Of a DNA stretch of 64,000 nucleotides, positions 15,786 through 24,810 are shown piece after piece. The stretch comes from Candidatus Dojkabacteria bacterium (GTDB lineage: Bacteria; Patescibacteriota; Dojkabacteria; B142; OLB20). A program made the position numbers and the translations under genes. Under the pieces are notes generated by a model. It ran no database searches. It had not been told where the DNA came from and saw only the letters and a program-made list of their open reading frames with translations. Numbering within the stretch: the first letter of the stretch is position 1; each line of letters begins with the position of its first letter. Location of the stretch: positions 614,535 to 678,534 of the forward strand of contig CP129475.1 of assembly GCA_030583785.1 (NCBI GenBank). Direction: 5' to 3'.

Positions 15786-18665
15786 ATGCTAACCAAGGGA
15801 CCATACGAAGCAACAATAACAGAGGAATCAATATTAAATTATTGGCTCGAAAATAAATTTTTTAAACCGGAATATCATCCAGAAAAGGGGCTACAGACCG
15901 AGGCAGAAATGCGTGCCGACCAGAGAGATCCTTTCACTATCGTTAATCCCCCACCGAACGCATATATGCGACCACATATCGGGAATGTTTCCGGATATGC
16001 ATACCAAGATGTTTTACTTCGTTACAACAGATTACTTGGTAAGAAAGTACTGGGACAACCCGGAAAAGACCACGCAGGCATACAAGGCGAGGTGGTAGTA
16101 GAAAAGATATTTCTAGAAAATAAAAAAAAGAGCAAACAAGATCTAGGACGCGAAAAATTCTACAAAGCATCGTATGCGCATTTTCAAAAACTTATGCCCA
16201 TGGTTATGGCCGACGAAAAAAGGATTGGTTTGTCAAGCGACTACGAGCGCAACCTATTTACACTTGACCCAAGAGTCGTAAATACGATTTTGAACACCTT
16301 TGTTTCTCTATATTCAGACGGAATGGTATATAAGGGCGTTCGCATCGTAAATTGGGATCCTGTTGCCAAGACCACCCTTGCAGATATCGATACCGAAAGA
16401 GTCGAAAGGGAAACGGAACTTGTTTATATTAAATACCCGCTAAAGCAAGAAATTGATGGAATAAATCATATTACAGTTGCCACAACTCGAGCAGAGACAA
16501 TGCTGGGAGATACCGCCGTTATTGTTAACCCTAAAGACGAGAGGTACAAAAAACTTATTGGAGCGATAGTGGTGCTTCCACTTGCTAATAGAGAAATCCC
16601 AATCATTACCTCTGAAAGGGTTGAGAGTGAATTTGGAACTGGAGCAGTCAAACTTACTCCGGCACATTCATACGACGATTATGTCATGATGAACGAATGG
16701 AACTCTGTTGCCAAGGAAAACGAAAAGATCGGATATATCAATGTAATTAATAAGCAGGCCAAGATGTACGGCCCAATCCCCGAAAGATACATTGGACTTA
16801 GCACCGAAGAAGCTAGAAGCAAAGTACTTGTTGACCTCGAAGAACAGGGACTCATCGAAAAGAAAGAGGCTCACACACAAAGTGTAATGGTCGGAGAAAG
16901 ATCGAAAGCTGTCATCGAACAGATAATGTCTTCACAGTGGTTCATTGATGTGGAAAGGCTTAAACAGCCGGCAATCGAGGCTGTAAAATCAGGAGAAATC
17001 CAGATCCATCCAAAATACATGACAAAAAAATACTTAACCTGGATGGAAAACCTTCATGACTGGCCAGTCTCAAGGTCTCTATGGTGGGGATACCGAATTC
17101 CTGTTTGGTACAAAGGTGAGCTTAGTGAAGATATTGACGAAAAAGGTCAGGTGATAGAGACAGTTGGAGGAGAGAAAGTCGAAAATATTAACGATGCAGT
17201 CAATAAAGGACTTGCCAAGATTCAACTTGATCCACCGGGAACAACATTTGCAGTTATTCGACATGGAGCGACAGAGCATAATCAGGAGCACAGATTAACA
17301 GGCAGAATCGACACCCCCTTAAGTGAATCAGGAATTAAAGAATGTGAGATTTATGCAAATAATCTGCAAGAATCCTTTGATTTGATAATCTCTTCGCCAC
17401 AAAAAAGGGCTTTTCAAACCGCAGAAATCATTGCTGCTAAACAAAACAGCAAACCAAACATAATTACCGACGAAAGACTTAGAGAAAGAGACTTTGGTAT
17501 CGCCGAGGGCAAAAACTGGGAAGAACTAATTACAGAAAATCCTGAACTGGCAAAAAGCAACTCTCCTCTCTTTCAACCCGAACTTCCTGAGGCAGAAACA
17601 ATTACAGAAGTTGAAAGCCGTGTTGAAGATTGGATCAAAGAAACCGCCGAAAAATATACAGGAAAGAAAATTCTTGTCGTAACACATGCGGGCGTGTACC
17701 GAGTAATTAGAAGACAACTTGGAGGAATGAATGCAGACGAATCCAGAACCGATATTGCCAACCTGCAAATGGAGAGGTATCACATTAAAGAGGAGGGCTG
17801 GATTCAAGATGAAGATGTGTTTGATACCTGGTTTAGTTCTGGACAATGGCCGTATGCCACGCTAAGAGCAAACAACATCAATGACTGCTTCTTTCCATCT
17901 GATGTTATGGAGACAGGACACGATATCCTTGAACTATGGGTAAGTCGAATGATCATGCTCTCGTTATACACAGAAAACAAGATTCCTTTCAAACATGTTT
18001 ATTTACATGGTCTGGTTAAAGCTCCCGACGGGCAAAAGATGAGTAAATCTAAAGGGAATGTCATTGCTCCGGAAGAAATCATTACCAAATACGGAGCTGA
18101 TTCACTAAGACTACTTTATGTAGTTGGGAATCGAGCCGGTTCAAGTTATCCTGTGAGCTACGAAAAACTTGAAGGATACAAAAGATTTCTTAACAAAATC
18201 TGGAATGCAGCGAAATTCGTTCTTTCAAATCTTGAAGATTTAAACATTGATCATCTTGCAAATACCGATATAAAGAATCTTAACCTTGCCGAGACCGATA
18301 GAACTATGCTCGATCATATGAACCTTTTAATCGCAGACACCACGCGTAGATTGGATAACTTTAATCTAGGCATTGCTGCGCAAGAGTTATACGATTCATT
18401 CTGGCATACTTTTGCGGATATCTATTTAGAAGAAGTAAAAATGCGCTTGTATACAAAAGATAAGGACGGCAACCCTATAAATACTTCTGAGCAAGAAAAA
18501 CAAAGCAGATTTGCAGCACAGTGGACTCTGTACAACTGCTTTAGAGAGTATCTAATTCTATTGCACCCATTTATTCCGTTTATAAGCGAACGGATTTGGC
18601 AAGATCTACCGAAAACAGACAAAGAAAGTAAAACAATTATGTATTCTCGCTGGCCCCAGCGTTAG
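15786..18665 (+). CDS. valS: valyl-tRNA synthetase with an inserted histidine-phosphatase-superfamily domain
   Basis: ValRS blocks: PPPNAYMRPHIGN (HIGH-region variant), GKDHAGIQ, VNWDPVAKTTLADIDTE, WPVSRSLWWGYRIPVWY, DTWFSSGQWP, KMSKSKGN. An insert at ~17110-17810 carries the RHG phosphatase signature (IRHGATEHN ... LVVTHAGVYR). The ATG at 15786 was chosen because the longer ORF start overlaps the leader terminator. Confidence 0.9.
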   Translation: MLTKGPYEATITEESILNYWLENKFFKPEYHPEKGLQTEAEMRADQRDPFTIVNPPPNAYMRPHIGNVSGYAYQDVLLRYNRLLGKKVLGQPGKDHAGIQGEVVVEKIFLENKKKSKQDLGREKFYKASYAHFQKLMPMVMADEKRIGLSSDYERNLFTLDPRVVNTILNTFVSLYSDGMVYKGVRIVNWDPVAKTTLADIDTERVERETELVYIKYPLKQEIDGINHITVATTRAETMLGDTAVIVNPKDERYKKLIGAIVVLPLANREIPIITSERVESEFGTGAVKLTPAHSYDDYVMMNEWNSVAKENEKIGYINVINKQAKMYGPIPERYIGLSTEEARSKVLVDLEEQGLIEKKEAHTQSVMVGERSKAVIEQIMSSQWFIDVERLKQPAIEAVKSGEIQIHPKYMTKKYLTWMENLHDWPVSRSLWWGYRIPVWYKGELSEDIDEKGQVIETVGGEKVENINDAVNKGLAKIQLDPPGTTFAVIRHGATEHNQEHRLTGRIDTPLSESGIKECEIYANNLQESFDLIISSPQKRAFQTAEIIAAKQNSKPNIITDERLRERDFGIAEGKNWEELITENPELAKSNSPLFQPELPEAETITEVESRVEDWIKETAEKYTGKKILVVTHAGVYRVIRRQLGGMNADESRTDIANLQMERYHIKEEGWIQDEDVFDTWFSSGQWPYATLRANNINDCFFPSDVMETGHDILELWVSRMIMLSLYTENKIPFKHVYLHGLVKAPDGQKMSKSKGNVIAPEEIITKYGADSLRLLYVVGNRAGSSYPVSYEKLEGYKRFLNKIWNAAKFVLSNLEDLNIDHLANTDIKNLNLAETDRTMLDHMNLLIADTTRRLDNFNLGIAAQELYDSFWHTFADIYLEEVKMRLYTKDKDGNPINTSEQEKQSRFAAQWTLYNCFREYLILLHPFIPFISERIWQDLPKTDKESKTIMYSRWPQR

Positions 18666-19830
18666 GAATGACTATTTCAAAGGTTGTATCGTATTTGCTA
18701 GCTTGAAAATCTGGCTCAACCTCCAAATCCTCGACAACAACCTGCCCATCTTCACCTAATGTAACTTTAACGGTGTACTTTCCGTCGCCATCTGTAGAAG
18801 AAACACGCACACTACCACCTGCTGTGGATGCATTATGAAGTAGAAGATTTAAGCCCAGGCCAGTACTGCCTCTGCCCGAATTGCCCTCCTCGAAGCGACT
18901 TTGAACTTTGTCTCTTTCCATACCCTTGGCTGTATCTGAAACCGAGTAAACAATATCATCACCAACATTATTTACAGCAACTTTAATACTCTTATCTAGA
19001 ATAATGCCATCTCCTTCTCTTTTCTTAAACATTTTCTGAGCATTGTTCACCAATTCTAGAATATCTAGGATGCGAAGAAAACTTTCTTCTCTTGGCATTT
19101 CACCTGTTTCTATATAATTGATGGTTCCATCTGACTGCTTCATTTTTCCATAACCATCAATTATCCTTTTTAGTTGCTCAAAAGGTACTTGCGGATCGTG
19201 GTCTCTTTTATCTCCGCCCCAAGCCAAAGACAGAAATTCTGTTATCCGAAGAAATGCTGCGAAATTTTTTGAAAATTTTGAAAGTGTATCATCAGTATCG
19301 TATTCTGTTGGAACCTCTAGCATTGTTAGGGGAACAGCCAGAACAGAATATAAGTTACCTAAGGTATGCTGAACTTCTTTAGACTCTTCACTATCAGAGG
19401 AAATTAACGAAGAATCTCTGGTAACAGGTAATTCACTAAACAAGATGTCATACGGCTTAGGACTAATTTTAAACCTTCTACCATTAATTTCCGTTTCGTT
19501 ATCCAGCCCAAGTGATTCAATATATGCCTCGACAGTTTCTTTTCCTTTTTCATCTCTAAAGTAAGAGACAAAAGTGCCTAAACCCTTAATTAACCTAGTA
19601 GTGACTATTGGATCGCCTTCGTATTCAACAACTTTTATTGTACCGTTATATTCGAATCTAATAATACTGGTATTCGGGTCATAACTTATGCCTAATATTT
19701 TACCCTCCTCTAGCATTATCCCGGAAAAATTCTCTATCTGCTCGTTCATTCTTTCGTTTGCAATCTCAAAAGGGGTTCTATTATCTGTCTCAGAAGTATT
19801 CTGACTTATGATGTCTTGCGAAGTAGTCAT
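18637..19830 (-). CDS. protein with C-terminal histidine-kinase-like ATPase (GHKL/HATPase_c) domain, no TM helices and no recognisable HisKA
   Basis: C-terminus DTAKGMERDKV...GNSGRGSTGLGLNL (N/G1/G2 boxes of the Bergerat fold). N-terminal ~280 aa unrecognised. 397 aa. Confidence 0.5.
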   Translation of the reverse strand: MTTSQDIISQNTSETDNRTPFEIANERMNEQIENFSGIMLEEGKILGISYDPNTSIIRFEYNGTIKVVEYEGDPIVTTRLIKGLGTFVSYFRDEKGKETVEAYIESLGLDNETEINGRRFKISPKPYDILFSELPVTRDSSLISSDSEESKEVQHTLGNLYSVLAVPLTMLEVPTEYDTDDTLSKFSKNFAAFLRITEFLSLAWGGDKRDHDPQVPFEQLKRIIDGYGKMKQSDGTINYIETGEMPREESFLRILDILELVNNAQKMFKKREGDGIILDKSIKVAVNNVGDDIVYSVSDTAKGMERDKVQSRFEEGNSGRGSTGLGLNLLLHNASTAGGSVRVSSTDGDGKYTVKVTLGEDGQVVVEDLEVEPDFQASKYDTTFEIVIPNAGASENT

Positions 19831-19839
19831 AATAATTAA

Positions 19840-20661
19840 TTATTTAATTAAAAACAGAATTTCGTTCCAGATCAATTGAATATTAGCAGGCTGATTCTTC
19901 TTTTGTACAGAACCTCGCGGCAGAAGAAAAGGAGAGTCAGTTTCTAGAACAATTCCTTGCGAGTACAAATCTTTAGGAGTCTTGATATCTGAGTCTTTAA
20001 GATATTTAGTTAAGCCTTTGCGCAAATCCTTTGCAGAAGAATAGGTTATTATTCCGTTGATCCCCACAAGGTGTCCGCGCTCTCTAATTTCTAGTAGTTG
20101 TCCATAATCCCCAGTAAAGCTATGCATAACCACTTTTGCTTTGGGGTGTTTATCTAAGAGTTGTAGACATTCGTGTAACGAATCTCTGCTATGTACAGTG
20201 AGAGGCAAATCATGCTTGATCGCAAGCATGATTTGCCCTTCAAACAACTCCCTTTGAATTCCGACACATTCATCGTATTCCTGCTTAGAAAAATTCTGTT
20301 TACGAGGCCAGTAGAAATCAAGTCCACATTCACCGATCATTATCGGATCGTAGTCGGTTACTATCTTATCAAGCTCTGTTAATAATTCAGAAAGTTTGGT
20401 TTTAATGTCAGTAACATAATTACTCCCCCCTTTTATTGCCAATTCCGGGTGATAACCACAAGTATAAAAAACGCCTTCTATTCCTGCGTCTTTGTCTGCA
20501 ATTGCATCGTTACCTCTGACTGCCACGCTTATTGCCGCATGCACACCTGCCGCTTTTGCATCAAGCATTATTTGGCCTATATCTGCATCTTGAGAATAGT
20601 TCAGATGACAGTGAGAATCGAAGAGATAGTCACCGTTTAGAAGTGATGTAAATGAGGTCAT
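19840..20661 (-). CDS. tatD: TatD-family metal-dependent hydrolase/DNase
   Basis: FDSHCHL N-terminal His pair and IGECGLDFYW (GEIGLD motif). Confidence 0.85.
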   Translation of the reverse strand: MTSFTSLLNGDYLFDSHCHLNYSQDADIGQIMLDAKAAGVHAAISVAVRGNDAIADKDAGIEGVFYTCGYHPELAIKGGSNYVTDIKTKLSELLTELDKIVTDYDPIMIGECGLDFYWPRKQNFSKQEYDECVGIQRELFEGQIMLAIKHDLPLTVHSRDSLHECLQLLDKHPKAKVVMHSFTGDYGQLLEIRERGHLVGINGIITYSSAKDLRKGLTKYLKDSDIKTPKDLYSQGIVLETDSPFLLPRGSVQKKNQPANIQLIWNEILFLIK

Positions 20662-22391
20662 ACCTTTTCTGAAACAACCTGATCTCGATCAAGCTTGGTG
20701 AATAATATTTCTGGAGCAGAACTCAACGCAAAAGAATTTCTTACCTGTGGCTGCCAGAGATCTAGATCGACACTAACCCCTGGGAGATTGATCCCAAGCA
20801 TAGCCATTAATTTACTAGAAGAATTAGGCAGAATCGGTGCAATCAAAACAGACAGATTTGCCAGCAGATTTAGTAGATTAAGCATAATTTCTTCAGCCTC
20901 TTCGGGCTTTTCTTTTATCACTTTCCAGATTGCCTGAGTTTCAAAGTACTGATTCCCAAACTTTGCCAAAGCCATTATTTCGTTAACTGCGGGCGATATT
21001 TCTGCCATATCAAGCAGAGACGAGGTCTTGGCAAAGCATGTTGAAACCTTTGCCTGCACTTTTGTATCAATTTTGTAATCATCAATTGTTAAATGCGAAT
21101 CATATCTTGCGGCAAAGAATGTTAGAGAGCGATTTACTAAATTGCCAAAATTAGCGACTAATTCGTTGTTTATTGCATCCGTAAATCCTTCCCAGGTGAA
21201 GTTTGCTTCTTTGTGTTCGGGAAGATTTGCCGATATATAATAACGAACTGCATCTGTTCCAAATTTGTCGGCCATTTGTGCAGAATCTATCGTCCAACCG
21301 CGGCTTTTACTGAATTTTTTGCCTTCGTAGTTCATAAATTTGTTTACCACAACATGAGTTGGGAGCTTGTAGCCTCTTTTGCTGCCAATAAGTTGAGCAG
21401 GCCACATCAGCGTGTGAAAAACAAGATTATCTTGTCCCATAAAATAGTAATGTTCAGAATCTTGATTTAGCCACCAATTTTGCCAGTCAGTATCCTGACT
21501 TTCACCCTTAGTGAAAATAATGTCCTCGTTCTCGGATTCAAGCACCGCCCATTCTTGAGGTGCAGACAGGTAACCAATTACAGCTTCAAACCAAACATAT
21601 ATCTTCTTTCCGTCATAATTTTCAAGCTGTTTGGATTTATCAAGTTTTAAGATTTCTTCGACCGGAAGATCTATTGCCCAGTCCATGTCTCGGGTTATTG
21701 CCCTTTTCTTCATACCCTCTTTGAGCCATCCGTTCGTTTCTTTCCAAACCCAGTTTCTCCAGATGTCTTTTTTATCTTCGACATACTGCTTTAGTTCGTT
21801 ATCGAGTTTAGAAAAATCAAGGAAGTAATGTTCTGTGTCTTTAAGTTCAACAGGTGAACCACTTAATTTGCTTACAGGATCGATAAGTTCTCCATCTTCT
21901 ATCCAGCGTCCGCAGGATTCACACTGATCGCTTCTTTGTTGACCTGCCTTACAGTATGGACAGGTACCTTCTACATATCTATCTGGCAGGAATTGATTAT
22001 CTTGAGTTGCGAAATATTGCTTCATTGTTCCTTTGACAATGTAATCATTCTTTAATAGATCAAGGAACAATTCTTGGACCACCCGTTTATGGTTTTCTGT
22101 TTGCGTTGAAGTGTAGAGATTGTAGCTCAATCGATACTTCTTGAAAAGCTGAATATCGTTCTGATGGTATTGTTTAACAATTTCTGCAGGCTGAACTCCT
22201 TTTTTGTCGGCTTCGACTGTAATCGGTGTACCGTGAGTATCTGAACCCGAGACCATAAGCACATCGTTACCTCGGAGTCGTTGATATCTGGCAACAATGT
22301 CTGCCGGAATAAGGTAACCGGCAAGATGACCGAGGTGAATGTCTCCGTTAACATAGGGCCAAGCAACGCCTACAAGAATTTTTTTATGCAT
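20658..22391 (-). CDS. metG: methionyl-tRNA synthetase (short form)
   Basis: PYVNGDIHLGHLAGY (HIGH), zinc knuckles CPYC...CESCG, KFSKSRG (KMSKS). 577 aa, with no C-terminal tRNA-binding extension. Confidence 0.9.
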   Translation of the reverse strand: MHKKILVGVAWPYVNGDIHLGHLAGYLIPADIVARYQRLRGNDVLMVSGSDTHGTPITVEADKKGVQPAEIVKQYHQNDIQLFKKYRLSYNLYTSTQTENHKRVVQELFLDLLKNDYIVKGTMKQYFATQDNQFLPDRYVEGTCPYCKAGQQRSDQCESCGRWIEDGELIDPVSKLSGSPVELKDTEHYFLDFSKLDNELKQYVEDKKDIWRNWVWKETNGWLKEGMKKRAITRDMDWAIDLPVEEILKLDKSKQLENYDGKKIYVWFEAVIGYLSAPQEWAVLESENEDIIFTKGESQDTDWQNWWLNQDSEHYYFMGQDNLVFHTLMWPAQLIGSKRGYKLPTHVVVNKFMNYEGKKFSKSRGWTIDSAQMADKFGTDAVRYYISANLPEHKEANFTWEGFTDAINNELVANFGNLVNRSLTFFAARYDSHLTIDDYKIDTKVQAKVSTCFAKTSSLLDMAEISPAVNEIMALAKFGNQYFETQAIWKVIKEKPEEAEEIMLNLLNLLANLSVLIAPILPNSSSKLMAMLGINLPGVSVDLDLWQPQVRNSFALSSAPEILFTKLDRDQVVSEKV

Positions 22392-22890
22392 CCTGTGTTT
22401 GTTTTGAATCTTTTAAATCTGAAACTGATCTTGCCGAGAAAGCATATTCTATCAAAACAGCAAGCAATACCACAGCAAAAATATTATACCAAATTAGACC
22501 ACCAATACTTTTGAGAAAAACTAAAGTACAAATTATTATAAAGATCAACGCTCCCCGCCTTAAAGCAGCAAAATGATTCGGCTGTTCATAGAATTTTTTA
22601 AAGAAAATTTTGTCTATAAGCATATGAATCCCGGCAAATGTTAGCACCTGACCACCTCCAAAAATTAGCAACATGATTATGACATTTCTAATGTCAAGGA
22701 GCTTCCAAATGGTACCCAGTTGTATCGAGTTTTCAACAAATTCAATAAATTCCGAACCGCTTTCCATTCCATACCTTGAAATTGCAAGATCCACTTCAGA
22801 GAAGTTCCAAGGAGATAGATAATTGAAGGCATAGGAAAACAAAAGAAAAAAAAGGATCCCTGCAACTATTGCTATTACAGATTGTCTCAT
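22384..22890 (-). CDS. integral membrane protein, hypothetical
   Basis: 168 aa with four predicted hydrophobic helices. Overlaps the metG start. Confidence 0.4.
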   Translation of the reverse strand: MRQSVIAIVAGILFFLLFSYAFNYLSPWNFSEVDLAISRYGMESGSEFIEFVENSIQLGTIWKLLDIRNVIIMLLIFGGGQVLTFAGIHMLIDKIFFKKFYEQPNHFAALRRGALIFIIICTLVFLKSIGGLIWYNIFAVVLLAVLIEYAFSARSVSDLKDSKQTQDA

Positions 22891-23177
22891 TAGAACAATA
22901 CTTCTTGTTCTAGTATTTCGGGGTCGACGATTTCTGACTGGAAGTTATCGTCAAGTTCACCATCGCGAACAAAGAACCCCTGATCAAGAACTCGAACAGA
23001 ATCTAAAACATCGGTACCTAGGCTTGAGGATATCTGCAAGTTCACAACTCTTTTCTGGAATTCGATATTTGTTCCACTTATAGACTGGTAAAACTCAAAA
23101 CCACCGACAACTAACATGGTGATAACCGCTATTACTATCAATAGAATCCAGGACTTACTCATTACAGTGAATTCCAA
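22890..23177 (-). CDS. small N-terminally membrane-anchored protein (possible pilus-assembly accessory, PilP-position)
   Basis: 95 aa with an N-terminal TM (WILLIVIAVITMLVVGG). Sits directly after the PilO-like gene, overlapping it by 16 nt. Confidence 0.3.
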   Translation of the reverse strand: MEFTVMSKSWILLIVIAVITMLVVGGFEFYQSISGTNIEFQKRVVNLQISSSLGTDVLDSVRVLDQGFFVRDGELDDNFQSEIVDPEILEQEVLF

Positions 23178-23767
23178 AAATAATAGGTAATGTTCATATT
23201 TAAATCATAGTCCTTGCCTCCTAATGACTCTTGCACCTTACTTTCGGAGTAACCGATAGATCTAACCTCGATAGGTATAGGGAAACTTTCGATGGATCCC
23301 AATAATTGTTGCATTGAAGCAAGACTACATTTTGTAACAATAGATCCTTCGACGCTAAGCAGGTTGGTTATATGAATAATATCTGGCTTAGTGGGCAGCT
23401 TTGACGGCCCTAGAGAAACTGTTTCGACACTGCAACCAGATGCTTCTGCCATTCTGCTAATGTTAGCAATCACAAGTTCGTCGTTTCTTCCATCGGGTAA
23501 GAATTGTTCGAGTAGTGCAATCTCTTCTGAATAACGAGCCTCTTGAGCAGCAAGTTGCTTAAGTGCATTTTCTTTATCTGTAAGCTGCTTAAGATAAGTG
23601 CGTTTTTCGTCGTTTAATTTGTTTTGATCTGTTATTGATAGAAAAGCAGGTCTGATGGCCAAGAAAAACATAAGAACGGCAACAAACAATGTTATCAATA
23701 GAACCGCATAGGTCTTTCCCTGCGGTGTTGCTAAGACTTTTGTTGTTTTTCTTGGCCCTGCCGGCAT
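23162..23767 (-). CDS. type IV pilus assembly protein PilO-like
   Basis: N-terminal TM, coiled-coil (ENALKQLAAQEARYSEEIALLEQ), then a C-terminal alpha/beta domain. Positioned after the PilN-like gene. Confidence 0.5.
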   Translation of the reverse strand: MPAGPRKTTKVLATPQGKTYAVLLITLFVAVLMFFLAIRPAFLSITDQNKLNDEKRTYLKQLTDKENALKQLAAQEARYSEEIALLEQFLPDGRNDELVIANISRMAEASGCSVETVSLGPSKLPTKPDIIHITNLLSVEGSIVTKCSLASMQQLLGSIESFPIPIEVRSIGYSESKVQESLGGKDYDLNMNITYYFWNSL

Positions 23768-23777
23768 ATTAATACAA

Positions 23778-24365
23778 TTAATTTAACTTACTTACAATTT
23801 GTTCAATTTGTTGAAACTCTCTATTCTCTTGAATAGCAATATCTGCTGATAACGAAAAGGCGGCGTCTATAACCGCGCCCTCACCTTCTATAGAATCAAG
23901 AGTTGCCCTAGAGAATGTATTTGAGTTTTTAAAGTTTTCCTCCATAACTCCGATCTCTGCAACAGGTGCCGTACCGCTAACAAAGACTCCCGAACTCGGG
24001 TTAATTAGAACTGTTAATTCTTTGCCACCCGGGGGGAGATAGCTGCTCACTTCGGCAAAGATTCCAGAAAATACAGGAGTAGATTCCCAGTTGTCTCTGT
24101 AGGCACTAGTTCGCTGCTGAATATTCAGATATCTGAGTTCAGACGACTGAAAAACAAGAACGATAGATTCTTTGGTCTTAATTTCTTCGTTTAAGTTATT
24201 GCTTTGAACATCGATAACTATTCGGATTGCAAAAGCCAAAACTACAACCAATTCGACGAGAATGACGACTATTCTGGCAGAACCAACAGCCCAGTCGTAG
24301 ACTTTTGTCCAGACTGTAGGCGGTTCTATTTGAGGTCTTAATAAATTGAATCCTTTTTTTGACAT
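23778..24365 (-). CDS. type IV pilus assembly protein PilN-like
   Basis: N-terminal GFNLLRPQ (the INLLP-like PilM-binding motif) followed by a TM helix and a periplasmic domain. 195 aa. Confidence 0.55.
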   Translation of the reverse strand: MSKKGFNLLRPQIEPPTVWTKVYDWAVGSARIVVILVELVVVLAFAIRIVIDVQSNNLNEEIKTKESIVLVFQSSELRYLNIQQRTSAYRDNWESTPVFSGIFAEVSSYLPPGGKELTVLINPSSGVFVSGTAPVAEIGVMEENFKNSNTFSRATLDSIEGEGAVIDAAFSLSADIAIQENREFQQIEQIVSKLN

Positions 24366-24406
24366 TGGACAGTATACTGCTGAAAATACTTTAGCATACT
24401 ATCTAA

Positions 24407-24730
24407 TCAATCTGAAGATTCTGGATTCTCTAAAGTATTGTCAGGAAAATCGTCGAAGCAATACATAAGTGTACATGCAACTTCTCCGTTCATACATGAA
24501 CAGGTGTTGCACCCGTCGCTGTCAAGAAAGGATTCTCCGTTTTTATATGTAGCACCATTATAATTGCAATTCTGCTGAGGAATTATGCTTGGAAGTTCTA
24601 ATCCAAGCCGATTTGAAGCAAAAACTAGTACTGCACCAAGCAGAAAAGCGATTACTACACTAAGTATCCAGAAAAAGATTAACAAAAAGTTTTTATCTGT
24701 TTTACTTAAATTCATGTTTCCATTATACAA
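24407..24730 (-). CDS. small membrane-anchored cysteine-rich protein (VWC-like 8-Cys pattern)
   Basis: N-terminal TM helix, then CNYNGATYKNGESFLDSDGCNTCSCMNGEVACTLMYC, which matches CxxxGxxYxxGExFxxxxxCxxCxCxxGxxxCxxxxC. Confidence 0.5.
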   Translation of the reverse strand: MYNGNMNLSKTDKNFLLIFFWILSVVIAFLLGAVLVFASNRLGLELPSIIPQQNCNYNGATYKNGESFLDSDGCNTCSCMNGEVACTLMYCFDDFPDNTLENPESSD

Positions 24731-24810
24731 AATACCGCTCGTGAGTACTACATTTGACCTATTATAAAATGCGATTTGATATGCAATAATTTAGTAATTA
24801 ATATACGAAC

